This document shows positions 8,810-18,533 of a DNA stretch of 64,000 nucleotides, one piece after another (position 1 is the first letter of the stretch; each line of letters opens with the position of its first letter). The notes under the pieces are model-generated. The model saw nothing but the letters and a program-made list of their open reading frames with translations. It was not told the origin of the DNA and ran no database searches. The position numbers and the translations under genes are program-made. The DNA comes from Synergistaceae bacterium (GTDB lineage Bacteria; Synergistota; Synergistia; Synergistales; Synergistaceae): positions 4,590 through 68,589 of the forward strand of contig JAJFTP010000060.1 of the NCBI GenBank assembly GCA_021372895.1. Direction: 5' to 3'.

Positions 8810-10441
8810 TCAGTGTTTCAGTACCTTGTTGCGGCTGTGCATGCGTTCTATATCAAAGACAACCATGGCAAGATTATGGGCATGGTCGCCGACCCTTTCC
8901 AGATTGCTCAGTATGTCTATAAAGACAACACCTGCACCCGGATTGCAGCCTCCTGCGTTCAGGCGTGCGATATGCTGGGCACGCAAGGTCTTTTCCATGT
9001 AGTCGATCTGATCTTCAAGATCCACAACCTCCTTGGCAAGTTTCGGATCCTCTTCCTCAAGCGCCTGTATACTTCTGGCTACAGCAGAGATAACAAGGTC
9101 AAACATCTCCTGACACTCTTCCCGCGCCTTATATGAGAATTTAAGTTTGTGATCTTTTAAAAACTGATACATCTCTATAAGATTGGTCGCGTGATCTCCT
9201 ATCCTCTCTATGTCTCCTACACCGCTGGTGCATGAGTTAAGAAGCATGGAGAGATCCGCCGGAAGCCCCGACTGCCCGACTTCTGTCGCATAGTGTACTA
9301 TATCATGGGTCAGTTCGTTAACGTTGCGTTCAGCACGGTCGACTTCGGACACAAGTTTTTCGTTGTCATCTATGATAATGGAGCGGCAGTTCTCGATCAT
9401 GCGTAACGCCAATATACCCAGGCGGATCATCTCTTTGCGGACAGCGTCTACTGCTGCGGCACTCGATGCTGTGATAAGCGCCGGGTTCAGAAACATGGCG
9501 CCGACTACTTCCTGGTTTTCATCATCAGGTATGATCATCCTTATAAGCCTGGCATACTGCGAGACAAACGGCAGAAACATAAATGCGACTATGACGTTGA
9601 ATATGGTGTGTGCATTGGCGACCTGTCTTGAAATATCGGATGAGGTAAGCGATATCAAAGATGTATACATCGGAAGTATCAACATAATGACAACAGTCCC
9701 CAGGACCTTGATCAAAACATGGGCCGCCGCAGCCTGTTTTGCCGACCTGTTGGCCCCGAATGACGCAAGCACTGCCGTTATCGTTGTACCAATATTATCA
9801 CCCAGAATTATCGCTATTGCAGTACTGAGCGGGATGACTCCCTGAGCTGCTATCGCCATCGTGAGGCCTACCGTGGCAGAGCTTGACTGCACAACAAGAG
9901 TTACAGCCAATCCGGACAGGAAGGCCATAAAAATATGGTCTCCAAATACAGTAAGCATATCTGGCCTGGTTTTTAGAAACGCCATTGGCCCCTGCATCAT
10001 TTCCATACCTATGAACAGCAGCCCGAATCCTACTAAGCCGACCCCAATTTGTCTGTGCCGTTTCTTCTTGCATAGTATGCAGAACCCCGCGCCGAACATC
10101 GCACATAGATATGCGATATCTGTGATCTTAAACGCAATAAGCTGTGCCGTGACAGTGGTGCCTATGTTAGCTCCGAGTATGACCCCTATAGCCTGTGTGA
10201 GATTCATAAAACCCACGTCGACGAAGCTCACGACCATAACGGTGGTAGCACTGCTGCTTTGGAGGATGCTTGTGACTGCCGTACCAACAAGGAGCCCTTT
10301 TATCGGAGTTCCTGTGAGTGAAGCTATGAGTTTTCGAAGTTTGTCACCTGCGATTATCTGCAGCGACTCTCCCATGACTATGATCCCGTATATAAGAATA
10401 CCGACTCCTGCAAATATCTGCAAAATCGATGTTAACGACAT
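8810..10441 (-). CDS. Na+/phosphate cotransporter family protein with C-terminal PhoU-like repeats
   Basis: 543 aa. Duplicated Na_Pi_cotrans motifs (SILQSSSATTVM and VVQSSSATVGL), followed by two PhoU-like repeats (ERIGDHATN and ERVGDHAHN). Confidence 0.85.
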   Translation of the reverse strand: MSLTSILQIFAGVGILIYGIIVMGESLQIIAGDKLRKLIASLTGTPIKGLLVGTAVTSILQSSSATTVMVVSFVDVGFMNLTQAIGVILGANIGTTVTAQLIAFKITDIAYLCAMFGAGFCILCKKKRHRQIGVGLVGFGLLFIGMEMMQGPMAFLKTRPDMLTVFGDHIFMAFLSGLAVTLVVQSSSATVGLTMAIAAQGVIPLSTAIAIILGDNIGTTITAVLASFGANRSAKQAAAAHVLIKVLGTVVIMLILPMYTSLISLTSSDISRQVANAHTIFNVIVAFMFLPFVSQYARLIRMIIPDDENQEVVGAMFLNPALITASSAAAVDAVRKEMIRLGILALRMIENCRSIIIDDNEKLVSEVDRAERNVNELTHDIVHYATEVGQSGLPADLSMLLNSCTSGVGDIERIGDHATNLIEMYQFLKDHKLKFSYKAREECQEMFDLVISAVARSIQALEEEDPKLAKEVVDLEDQIDYMEKTLRAQHIARLNAGGCNPGAGVVFIDILSNLERVGDHAHNLAMVVFDIERMHSRNKVLKH

Positions 10442-10491
10442 CCAGATCTCTCCTTAAATTTTAAGAAGCGCTTTTATTGAAATTCTGTGAT

Positions 10492-12204
10492 TCAGTTAAG
10501 CCTCGTGATCAGCGGAACTATAGTCGGATAATTTCTTGAGGTCCGTCCAAAGACATCCCTTATTCTCTTTCTTATTTCTGTCGGCAGCATTTCCGGCTTC
10601 GCGCCAGGCGTACGTTCAAACTGCTCAAGTGCAGACATAACCGCATGTTCAAGATCCCTGAATGTACCGCCGTCTTCAGATGAAAAGACGCTGCCTCTCG
10701 TCTGGATCTGTACAGATGCTGCCGGATGCAGCTTTTCGTCCAACACAAGAGAGACAACAACAAGCCCGTTCTCCGCCAACTCCCTGCGCTCGCGAAGGAT
10801 ACTCCCCTCGAATTCTCCAAGAGCAATACCATCCACAAGGACTGCTCCAGACTGCACCCTGCCGTCGATCTCCGCTTTATTAGGTCCTCTAAACTTTAAC
10901 ACATCTCCATTTTGAAGTATAAATACATTCTTTGCCGGCACACCCATTTCACGGGCCAGTTGTGCGTGGCGTACAAGGTGACGGTACTCGCCGTGCACAG
11001 GGACAAAGAACTTAGGCTTGACGAGGCTTAGCATGATGGTGAGCTCGTCACGTCCTCCGTGTCCGGAGACATGGATGTTCTCGCTTCTCTCGTATACGAC
11101 CTCACAGCCGCAGCCAAAGAGTCTGTTAACTGTGTCACTCACCAGCTTTTCATTTCCCGGGATTGGCGTGGCTGAAATTATGACAAGGTCTTTCGGGCCC
11201 AGATGTATCATCCTGTGGGTCCCCCTGCTCATAAGAACAAGACCAGAGAATGGCTCCCCCTGACTGCCTGTGGTTAGGATGACAACTCTGTTATCGGACA
11301 TATGTTCAGCTTCCTGGGAGGTTATCAATAAACCCTCCGGTACTTCTACAAAGCCAAGTTTACAGGCAAGTTCAACATAAGCAAGCATACTACGACCTGA
11401 GAGGACAACTTTTCTGTTAAAACGCCCCGCTGCGTTGAAAACCTGCTGCGCTCTGTGAAGGTTGCTTGAAAAAGTTGCGATCACAATGCGCCTGTCCTTA
11501 TACAGGCGAAACAGGCGTTCGAACGTCTGTCCTACTGTCCTCTCGGACGCGGTGATCCCCGGCTTTTCTATATTGGTAGAGTCAGACAGCATCAGCAGAA
11601 CGCCCTCTTTACCAAGCGCCGCGAATGCGCTGTAATCAGTTCTGATTCCGTCTATGGGAGTCGGGTCTAACTTGAAATCCCCTGTGTGGACTATCGTGCC
11701 AAGAGGGGTACGGATCGCCAGGGCCAGTGCATCAGGGATCGAATGACAAACAGAGATAAACTCCACCGAGAAACAACCGGCCTCTATTTTGTCACCCGGA
11801 TGTATTTCCATGTATTTGGGTTCATAGTTTGTCCTCGCATCAGCCATCTTGTTCCCTATCAGACCCGCAGTAAGGCGGGAACAGTATAGCGGCACATCAA
11901 GTCCGGGCAGCACAAACGGAAGTGCGCCTATATGATCTTCGTGCCCGTGGGTGATGAAGATACCCCTTATGTGGTCCTTGTTTTCAATAAGATATTGTAC
12001 ATCCGGAATTACAAAATCTATCCCAAGCATTTCCTCCTCGGGGAATTTAAGGCCGCAGTCTACGATTATCATGTCGCCACCACAGCTGAAAACAGTCATG
12101 TTCTTCCCTATCTCGCCCAGCCCACCCAGCGGAATCACTTTCAACTCTCCGGCACTTACGTTGCTTTTATGCTGCCTTGTCTTTCTTCTGTCGGACATAG
12201 CCAT
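10492..12204 (-). CDS. rnj: Ribonuclease J
   Basis: 570 aa. Metallo-beta-lactamase motif ITHGHEDHIGALPF, beta-CASP region and C-terminal domain. RBS GGAGGGGAG is upstream of ATG 12204. Confidence 0.9.
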   Translation of the reverse strand: MAMSDRRKTRQHKSNVSAGELKVIPLGGLGEIGKNMTVFSCGGDMIIVDCGLKFPEEEMLGIDFVIPDVQYLIENKDHIRGIFITHGHEDHIGALPFVLPGLDVPLYCSRLTAGLIGNKMADARTNYEPKYMEIHPGDKIEAGCFSVEFISVCHSIPDALALAIRTPLGTIVHTGDFKLDPTPIDGIRTDYSAFAALGKEGVLLMLSDSTNIEKPGITASERTVGQTFERLFRLYKDRRIVIATFSSNLHRAQQVFNAAGRFNRKVVLSGRSMLAYVELACKLGFVEVPEGLLITSQEAEHMSDNRVVILTTGSQGEPFSGLVLMSRGTHRMIHLGPKDLVIISATPIPGNEKLVSDTVNRLFGCGCEVVYERSENIHVSGHGGRDELTIMLSLVKPKFFVPVHGEYRHLVRHAQLAREMGVPAKNVFILQNGDVLKFRGPNKAEIDGRVQSGAVLVDGIALGEFEGSILRERRELAENGLVVVSLVLDEKLHPAASVQIQTRGSVFSSEDGGTFRDLEHAVMSALEQFERTPGAKPEMLPTEIRKRIRDVFGRTSRNYPTIVPLITRLN

Positions 12205-12327
12205 ATATCACAACTCCCCTCCAGCTTATTATCGTACCACTTAACATGGGATATATCCATAGTTTTAACTGTATTCAGACAATTTTGCGCCAGTGGAGGG
12301 AAGTATCCGGCAACGCTTTATTGCCGG

Positions 12328-12355
12328 TTGACAATACCGTAATATCCGATATAAT
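12328..12355 (+). promoter_or_regulatory. Near-consensus sigma-70 promoter for the tRNA-Gln/tRNA-Glu pair
   Basis: TTGACA (12328-12333), a 16-nt spacer, then TATAAT (12350-12355). It lies ~48 nt upstream of the tRNA-Gln 5' end. A 7-bp hairpin, CCGGCAA-N7-TTGCCGG, abuts the -35 box. Confidence 0.6.
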
Positions 12356-12402
12356 TTTCTCTTGTCATGTCTGAGCCGTAAAGGTTCGACTGGGCCGTTT
12401 TT

Positions 12403-12476
12403 TGGGGTATGGTGCAACGGCAGCACGCCTGACTCTGGATCAGGTAATCTAGGTTCAAATCCTGGTACCCCAGCCA
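12403..12476 (+). tRNA. tRNA-Gln (anticodon CTG)
   Basis: Hand-folded cloverleaf. Acceptor TGGGGTA/TACCCCA, D stem GTGC/GCAC, anticodon stem CCTGA/TCAGG with loop CTCTGGA, T stem CTAGG/CCTGG with TTCAAAT loop. Discriminator G and an encoded CCA. Confidence 0.9.
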
Positions 12477-12491
12477 TATCAATTGCGATGT

Positions 12492-12567
12492 GGTCCCTTC
12501 GTCTAGGGGCCCAGGACGGCGGGTTCTCAGCCCGTTAACAGGGGTTCGAATCCCCTAGGGACTGCCA
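12492..12567 (+). tRNA. tRNA-Glu (anticodon CTC)
   Basis: Very similar to canonical bacterial tRNA-Glu (…TTCGTCTAGGGGCCCAGGAC…AACAGGGGTTCGAATCCCCTAGGGAC). Anticodon loop TTCTCAG and an encoded CCA. Confidence 0.9.
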
Positions 12568-12601
12568 AATATACCAGTAGCCTCGCTGAGGCGACCGGGA
12601 C

Positions 12602-12652
12602 GATATCGGACAAGGGGCACGCTAAGATCCAGCGCGCCCCTTGTCCGATATC
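12602..12652. terminator. Long perfect inverted repeat between convergent tRNA and mscS transcription units (possible bidirectional terminator or processing hairpin)
   Basis: GATATCGGACAAGGGGC (12602-12618) pairs with GCCCCTTGTCCGATATC (12636-12652), a 17-bp perfect stem with a 17-nt loop. There is no clear U-tract on either side. Confidence 0.45.
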
Positions 12653-12686
12653 ATTATACTAATAGGTTGGATGGTAAACATGAGTT

Positions 12687-13562
12687 TTATGAAATTTGCG
12701 GTTCATCTTCGGCCCGATGAACGACCACCTGCGGATATGCAAAAGAAATTTTTTCTGCATCAAAACGGTCTTTTAATTTTTCCCTGAAGCTGCGGGCTAC
12801 TGCCCACTGCTGACCAGGTAAAGTCTTGATCACTATTCTCATATACACGGCGTTTTCGCCAAAATCCGTTATACCTTGGAACTTCGGGGGGCCCAGAATG
12901 ACGCTGTTCATCTCATCAGCTATTTCTTTGCCGAGTTCTTCCATAATTTCCCCTGCCTTATGGAAATCGGACTCGTAAGTAATTCCAATTTTGATCAACG
13001 CAACCGACCAGTCCTTGGTGTAATTGATAATTGTCTGAACTGTGCTGTTGGGGATCACAACCAGATTGCCGTCAATGTCGCGAAGCCGCGTAGATCTGAG
13101 AGTAAAGAGCTCTACAGTACCTGAAAACGAGTTGACCTCTATCCAGTCGCCGACGTTATATTGGTTTTCTATCAGGATTATGAATCCGTTGATGTAGTCC
13201 CTTATTATGTTCTGTGCCGCCAGAGAGAAGCCGAGCCCCACCACCCCTATGCCGGCAATGACCGGTTTGATATCTATCCCGATGGAGCCAAGCGTCATTG
13301 AGACCATGAACACCGCCAGGACCGCTCTTGAAAGCTGAGTTGAAAGCTGTCTTATTGTGTTTATACGATGTTGAAGAGAATGCTTGAGTGCTTCATCTCC
13401 TCTGCTGTTCTGGACACGTTTGAGGGCGGCTTTAAATGCACGCTTGAAGATATGCTTAATCGCCATATCGAGAAAAAACCATGCAACAAGCAATGCTATA
13501 GGGATAAGCAACGTTGCCACATCAATAAACATATTCCCGATTATGTGCAGTCTAGACGGCAT
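12687..13562 (-). CDS. Mechanosensitive ion channel (MscS family)
   Basis: 291 aa. N-terminal TMs, then the MscS beta-domain signature region (…FGLGFSLAAQNIIRDYINGFIILIENQYNVGDWIE…). Confidence 0.85.
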   Translation of the reverse strand: MPSRLHIIGNMFIDVATLLIPIALLVAWFFLDMAIKHIFKRAFKAALKRVQNSRGDEALKHSLQHRINTIRQLSTQLSRAVLAVFMVSMTLGSIGIDIKPVIAGIGVVGLGFSLAAQNIIRDYINGFIILIENQYNVGDWIEVNSFSGTVELFTLRSTRLRDIDGNLVVIPNSTVQTIINYTKDWSVALIKIGITYESDFHKAGEIMEELGKEIADEMNSVILGPPKFQGITDFGENAVYMRIVIKTLPGQQWAVARSFREKLKDRFDAEKISFAYPQVVVHRAEDEPQIS

Positions 13563-13592
13563 TTTCCGCCCTCCCTGAATATTTACTTTAGT

Positions 13593-14030
13593 TTACTGTT
13601 CAATTTTTATGTCTTCTTCCGCAATACATTCTTTAAGTAAACAAAGCACTTCGTCTTTCTGTTCAATACTGAACGTCAGAGGCCATGCTTCCCGGACAGC
13701 ATGAGGAAGGACATATATTTTTTTACCCTTGTTCAATATGACGCGCACATCGGCGACATCATCCCAGCTGACAAAATCTCTCTTGCTCTGTCCCCAGAAT
13801 GACGTCTCGCGGCAGAACCCTTCTGTGTTTAGAAAGAGTCTGCGCTCATAGCCAGATACATATATCATTATCGCTCCGGTGACGATAGGAATAAATACCT
13901 CCCGCATGGGACCGGCACTCAGGAATCGGCTCATGCCGAACCCCGTGAAAAGGATACCCATTGCACTCCCGGTCAGCTTGACCCATAAAGGCAGTTTTGT
14001 CCCGGCCGAGGCCTCCACACTTTGGGTCAT
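13593..14030 (-). CDS. Hypothetical small membrane protein (2 TM plus a C-terminal soluble domain)
   Basis: 145-aa ORF in operon position between the PPIase gene and mscS. I recognise no family motif. Confidence 0.45.
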   Translation of the reverse strand: MTQSVEASAGTKLPLWVKLTGSAMGILFTGFGMSRFLSAGPMREVFIPIVTGAIMIYVSGYERRLFLNTEGFCRETSFWGQSKRDFVSWDDVADVRVILNKGKKIYVLPHAVREAWPLTFSIEQKDEVLCLLKECIAEEDIKIEQ

Positions 14031-14033
14031 TAT

Positions 14034-14927
14034 CTATTTTACCGGGTTTGCAGCTTCGGGTTGGGCAGCAGGAATACCTCCAAGGTTTGAGAGGGAATCC
14101 TCATTTATTTCAACTTTGAATTTCTCCCTGAGCGATGCGAGCTCCTTGTCGATGTACGATCTCTGGAGACGCTGGGCTACTTCCTCCGAAGCTTCCTTGA
14201 ATGTCAGCTGTTTCTGGGGACGCCGCTCAAGCACCTCTATGACATGCCAGCCAAAACCGGATTTGACAGGGCCCGCGAGCGAACCGACCCGTGCTTTCTC
14301 AATAGCTTCATCTACAGCTGGATCCATTGTCCCTTTCTCAACCCATCCAAGATCTCCGCCATTCTGTGCTGTGTTGGGGTCACGGCTGTAATCCGCCGCA
14401 ACCTTTGCAAAATCTTTTGTTCTGTATATCTCAAGGACCGCGTTGACTGCATCCGCCTCTGTATTACAGAGGATATGGCGGGTATGCGCGGCAGGCGCCT
14501 GTACAAACTCTCCTAGATGCGTATCATAGTACTTTTTCATAGCATTATTGCCCATATCCCACTTAGTGCCTGCCTCCTGAAAGTAGGCCTGGATGAGAAG
14601 CTGGATCGTCTGCCATTTTATCTGAAAAGCTACATCAGGATGGGATTCGAGTCCCTTTGACTTTGCTGCTTCAGCAAATATTACGGCATCCGCCATCTGA
14701 TTCACAAGGGCCACCCTGTCCTTTAATGTCGACTGAGAGAGCATCATCCCTACCATCATGTCATTCCCGCCGACAGTACCGGCAAGCATCTGCAGGATTT
14801 CTTTCTCGTTCAACGTTGCAGAACCAACGGTCAGCACCGCATCATCCGCGGCAAAAGCTACCGACACGCTTACAGTCATAACAAACATAAACACAGCCGC
14901 TGTTTTGAGAATCTTCTTGAATAACAT
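14034..14927 (-). CDS. Peptidyl-prolyl cis-trans isomerase, parvulin (PpiC/PrsA/SurA-like), secreted
   Basis: Likely start is MLFKKILKTAAVFMFVMTVSVSVAFA (ATG 14927, RBS GAGGGA 14935-14940), not the longer track ORF. Parvulin domain motifs are HILC…GGDLGWV…GFGWHVIEV. Confidence 0.8.
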   Translation of the reverse strand: MLFKKILKTAAVFMFVMTVSVSVAFAADDAVLTVGSATLNEKEILQMLAGTVGGNDMMVGMMLSQSTLKDRVALVNQMADAVIFAEAAKSKGLESHPDVAFQIKWQTIQLLIQAYFQEAGTKWDMGNNAMKKYYDTHLGEFVQAPAAHTRHILCNTEADAVNAVLEIYRTKDFAKVAADYSRDPNTAQNGGDLGWVEKGTMDPAVDEAIEKARVGSLAGPVKSGFGWHVIEVLERRPQKQLTFKEASEEVAQRLQRSYIDKELASLREKFKVEINEDSLSNLGGIPAAQPEAANPVK

Positions 14928-15046
14928 ACACAAATCCCTCCAGAATCTTATTTGTCTTAGTTGAACATGTCGGTCAATGCTAACACAAAAAACAAAAAAC
15001 AGAGAGGTACAGATTACATAGCTCAAATTTTTTACAAGGCAGGGAC

Positions 15047-17524
15047 TTATTTGACGAATTTCAGCTCTCCATTTTCAACGCCGACTAAAACCTTGTCTCC
15101 GCTGACTATACTGCCTTCGAGCATTTGGTTGGAAAGGGTATCCTCAACCATTTTCTGTATGATCCGGCGCAGCGGTCTGGCCCCATATTTGGGATCGTAA
15201 CCCCTCTCAAGCAGAAGCTGCTTTGCCTCACTGTCTACATCTATTGTAATGCCGCGATCAAGGGTACGTTTTTTCACTTCATCAAGCATGATATCGACAA
15301 TTTTAAGCAGCTCTTCTCTTCCCAGCGGCTTGAATATCAGCATTTCGTCTACCCTGTTGAGGAATTCGGGCCGGAAGGAGCGCCTTGCCTCCTCGAGTAT
15401 AACTGTCTTCATCCTGTCAACATCAATACCGCCGGCACCCCCATCAGAATCTGCGAATCCAAGGCTTCGCCCCTTCATCATTTCACCGACTCCGACATTG
15501 CTTGTCATTATGACGACCGCGTTGCGAAAATCCGTCAGGCGTCCCTGCCCGTCTGTAAGACGGCCGTCCTCAAGAAGCTGGAGCAGTATGTTGAATACAT
15601 CAGGATGTGCCTTCTCTATTTCGTCGAACAAAACAACTGAATATGGTCTGCGGCGTATCGCCTCTGTGAGCTTTCCGCCCTCTTCAAAACCAACATAGCC
15701 CGGAGGCGCTCCTATCAGCTTAGCCGCTTCGTGGCGCTCCATATACTCGCTCATATCCAGCCTTATCATCGCATCGTCGCTGCCGAAGAGAAACTCCGCA
15801 AGCGACCGGGCGAGTTCTGTCTTTCCGACGCCGGTCGGTCCAAGGAACAGAAAACTGCCCACTGGGCGTTTGGGATCCTTCATCCCGCTTCGTGCCCTGC
15901 GTATGGCCCTGGCAACTGCATGAAGAGCCTCATCCTGCCCTATGAGGCGAAGGCCTATCTGCTCTTCCATGCGCATAAGCCTCATGCTCTCTGCTTCGGT
16001 CAGCTGCGTTACGGGGATACCGGTCCACTCCCCCACGATGCCGGCAATATCCTCGGCCTTTACATCCGGAGTAAACTGATTCCTGGATTCTGTCCATTCA
16101 CGGCGCCACTCGGCAATTCTGGTGACTAGTTCTTTTTCGCTGTCGCGGAGGTGAGCCGCCTTTTCAAATTCCTGGGCTGCAACTGCCTCTTCTTTTTCCT
16201 TGCGTATCTCTCCTGCGCTTCTTTCAAGCGCCTTTAGATCTTCCGGTGCTTCCAAAGTCTGGATGCGGGCCCTTGCGGATGCCTCATCTATCAAATCGAT
16301 AGCCTTGTCCGGCAGAAAACGGTCGGAGATATAACGTTTTGAGAGCTTCGCTGCAGCGACAAGCGCGTCATCCGTGATATGGACTCTATGATGGGCCTCG
16401 TAGCTGTCGCGAAGCCCTTTAAGTATGCTTACAGTGTCCTCTTCTGAGGGCTCATCGACCTGTACGGGCTGAAAGCGCCTTTCAAGAGCGGCATCCTTTT
16501 CTATATACTTGCGATACTCGCTGATCGTCGTAGCTCCTATAACCTGAAATTCACCTCTGGCAAGGCTCGGCTTGAGAATATTCGCGGCATCCACGGCACC
16601 TTCGGCACCTCCGGCACCTACAAGCGTGTGTATCTCATCGATAAAAAGAATTACCTTCTTTGTCTCGCTGATCTCCTTTACAAGGCGGCGCATCCTCTCT
16701 TCAAACTCTCCGCGATACTTTGTCCCTGCAACCAGATTAGCCACATTTAGCTGCATTACCCTCTTGCCTTTAAGGATCTCCGGAATATCACCGGAAAGTA
16801 CACGCTGTGCCAGCCCTTCCGCTATTGCGGTCTTTCCGACTCCGGGTTCTCCTATGAGGACCGGGTTATTCTTGGTGCGGCGCGAAAGTATCTGGACAAC
16901 GCGCTGTATCTCCTTGTCCCTTCCTATAACAGGGTCAAGTTCACCGTTCTTCGCCATCTCAGTGAGGTTTATACCCAACTGATCAAGGGTAGGCGTCTTC
17001 GATGTCGGTTCCTGTGCCTGTGTCTGTTTATGCTGGAAATCAGGCCTCTCTCTCTGCTGTCCCTGGGACTCAGGAGGAGTACTTCCAAAGATATTTCTTA
17101 TAACCTGCCTGCATGTCGATGCATCCATTCCGTGCGATGCAAGAAGCTGTGCCGCCAGACCTTCACCCTCGTCAATTATGCCCAGCAGTATATGTTCCGT
17201 ACCGACATAATTCACTCCCATCCTGCGGGCCTCTCTCATAGAAAGGTCTATCACCATCTTAGCCCGTGGGCTCATGGGAAGGTCCGCAGGTACAGCTCTT
17301 GGCTTGTTGCTGCCTATAAAATGCTCCACTTCGGCTTTGAAGAGATCCGGCTCTATGCCAAAAGCGGCAAAAATCTGTGATACAACGCCGTCACTTTCAT
17401 CAAGCAGGCCCAGCAGAATATGCTCGGTACCTATAACATCATGTCCTAAACGCAATGCCTCTTTATGGGCAAGCTGAAAAACCCTCTTGCCCCGCTCTGT
17501 GAAATCCTGCCACACCGAGCTCAC
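15047..17524 (-). CDS. clpC: ATP-dependent Clp protease ATP-binding subunit ClpC
   Basis: 825 aa with duplicated Clp_N repeats and two AAA modules (GEPGVGKTA and GPTGVGKTE). A UVR-like linker (EFEKAAHLRDSEKEL) is present. The GTG start overlaps the mcsA stop (GTGA). Confidence 0.92.
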   Translation of the reverse strand: MSSVWQDFTERGKRVFQLAHKEALRLGHDVIGTEHILLGLLDESDGVVSQIFAAFGIEPDLFKAEVEHFIGSNKPRAVPADLPMSPRAKMVIDLSMREARRMGVNYVGTEHILLGIIDEGEGLAAQLLASHGMDASTCRQVIRNIFGSTPPESQGQQRERPDFQHKQTQAQEPTSKTPTLDQLGINLTEMAKNGELDPVIGRDKEIQRVVQILSRRTKNNPVLIGEPGVGKTAIAEGLAQRVLSGDIPEILKGKRVMQLNVANLVAGTKYRGEFEERMRRLVKEISETKKVILFIDEIHTLVGAGGAEGAVDAANILKPSLARGEFQVIGATTISEYRKYIEKDAALERRFQPVQVDEPSEEDTVSILKGLRDSYEAHHRVHITDDALVAAAKLSKRYISDRFLPDKAIDLIDEASARARIQTLEAPEDLKALERSAGEIRKEKEEAVAAQEFEKAAHLRDSEKELVTRIAEWRREWTESRNQFTPDVKAEDIAGIVGEWTGIPVTQLTEAESMRLMRMEEQIGLRLIGQDEALHAVARAIRRARSGMKDPKRPVGSFLFLGPTGVGKTELARSLAEFLFGSDDAMIRLDMSEYMERHEAAKLIGAPPGYVGFEEGGKLTEAIRRRPYSVVLFDEIEKAHPDVFNILLQLLEDGRLTDGQGRLTDFRNAVVIMTSNVGVGEMMKGRSLGFADSDGGAGGIDVDRMKTVILEEARRSFRPEFLNRVDEMLIFKPLGREELLKIVDIMLDEVKKRTLDRGITIDVDSEAKQLLLERGYDPKYGARPLRRIIQKMVEDTLSNQMLEGSIVSGDKVLVGVENGELKFVK

Positions 17525-17994
17525 TCGCCTTTCACTCTGTTATTGTTTTTTTCAAGTTCGATTATCCTGTCGCGTATTACTGCCGCATCCTCATATCTTT
17601 CATCGTGCACAGCCAGGGCCAGCCCATTTTTCAGGTCCGTCAGTTCGTCATTCCCCGTGTGTAAGGTATGATCATCTGTTGACTTTTCAGTCTCTGCCGA
17701 ACCTTTGTCAGAAAGGGTTTCTGGCATGGTGCCGCCACAATACGGGCACTTCAGAATATCACCTGACTCATCGGAAACATCAGGCAAAGCAGGGAACAGC
17801 AAATCCTTCAGCGCCTCGTTCATATCAATGACTCCCTCAAATGAAAATGTCATCTTCATCAATTTTGCAACATCATCAAACGGGAGCATGTTCCTTGCAC
17901 ATTCCCTGCATACATATTCATCATGCCGCTCGCCGTTGACTATCTTGACCAGATGCACTTCCGCGTTGTTTTTTCCGCATTTTTCACATAGCAT
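17521..17994 (-). CDS. mcsA: McsA-like UVR-domain zinc-finger protein
   Basis: 157 aa. CxxC pairs (CEKCG, CRECA, CPYCG) and a C-terminal UVR motif ERYEDAAVIRDRIIELE. It lies between ctsR and clpC. Confidence 0.7.
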   Translation of the reverse strand: MLCEKCGKNNAEVHLVKIVNGERHDEYVCRECARNMLPFDDVAKLMKMTFSFEGVIDMNEALKDLLFPALPDVSDESGDILKCPYCGGTMPETLSDKGSAETEKSTDDHTLHTGNDELTDLKNGLALAVHDERYEDAAVIRDRIIELEKNNNRVKGE

Positions 17995-18005
17995 AGATTT
18001 TCACC

Positions 18006-18497
18006 TCACCCTAATGCAAGGCTTGTAAGAATTTTTTTGAGAAGTTCGGCCCTCATAATGTCACGGCGGTAAGGGGAGATGTCAAAAAGAGTGCGTCCGT
18101 TCTCTTCCAGATTACGCATTGATACTTCAATGATCAGCCGCTCACGCGGAGAGAGCAGTTCCCTGTTCTGAAGGTTGACGAGCAGCCTTCTTGCCTCCTG
18201 CTCCGTTATTGTGTTCCCGACAAGATCAGATAGATGTACGACCTCTTCGTCACAGTTCCTGAAAGTAAGCTGTATCACGCGGATATACCCGTGCCCACCC
18301 CTCTGGCTCTCAATGAGAAACCCGTTTTCAGGGGCAAAACGGCTGCGTAAGACGTAATTTATCTGGCTGGGTACACAGCCAAAACGTTCAGCCAGGTCTT
18401 TCCTCCGAAGAGAGACGACGCCTTCGCTGTTCTCCTCTATCAGCTGCGAGATGTATTCCTCTATGCTTCTCGTAAGGCTTGATTCTGGTGATGACAT
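18006..18497 (-). CDS. ctsR: Transcriptional repressor CtsR
   Basis: 163 aa. Motifs RRKDLAERFGCVPSQINYVLRSRF and ESQRGGHGYIRV are diagnostic of CtsR. Confidence 0.88.
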   Translation of the reverse strand: MSSPESSLTRSIEEYISQLIEENSEGVVSLRRKDLAERFGCVPSQINYVLRSRFAPENGFLIESQRGGHGYIRVIQLTFRNCDEEVVHLSDLVGNTITEQEARRLLVNLQNRELLSPRERLIIEVSMRNLEENGRTLFDISPYRRDIMRAELLKKILTSLALG

Positions 18498-18533
18498 ATC
18501 GTGTCACTCCGTTTCCTGTTGCTTATGCCAATG

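Noticed and set aside
12265-12477. 70-aa minus-strand ORF
   Set aside because: It is antisense to the tRNA promoter and tRNA-Gln. The translation is an artefact of the tRNA sequence.
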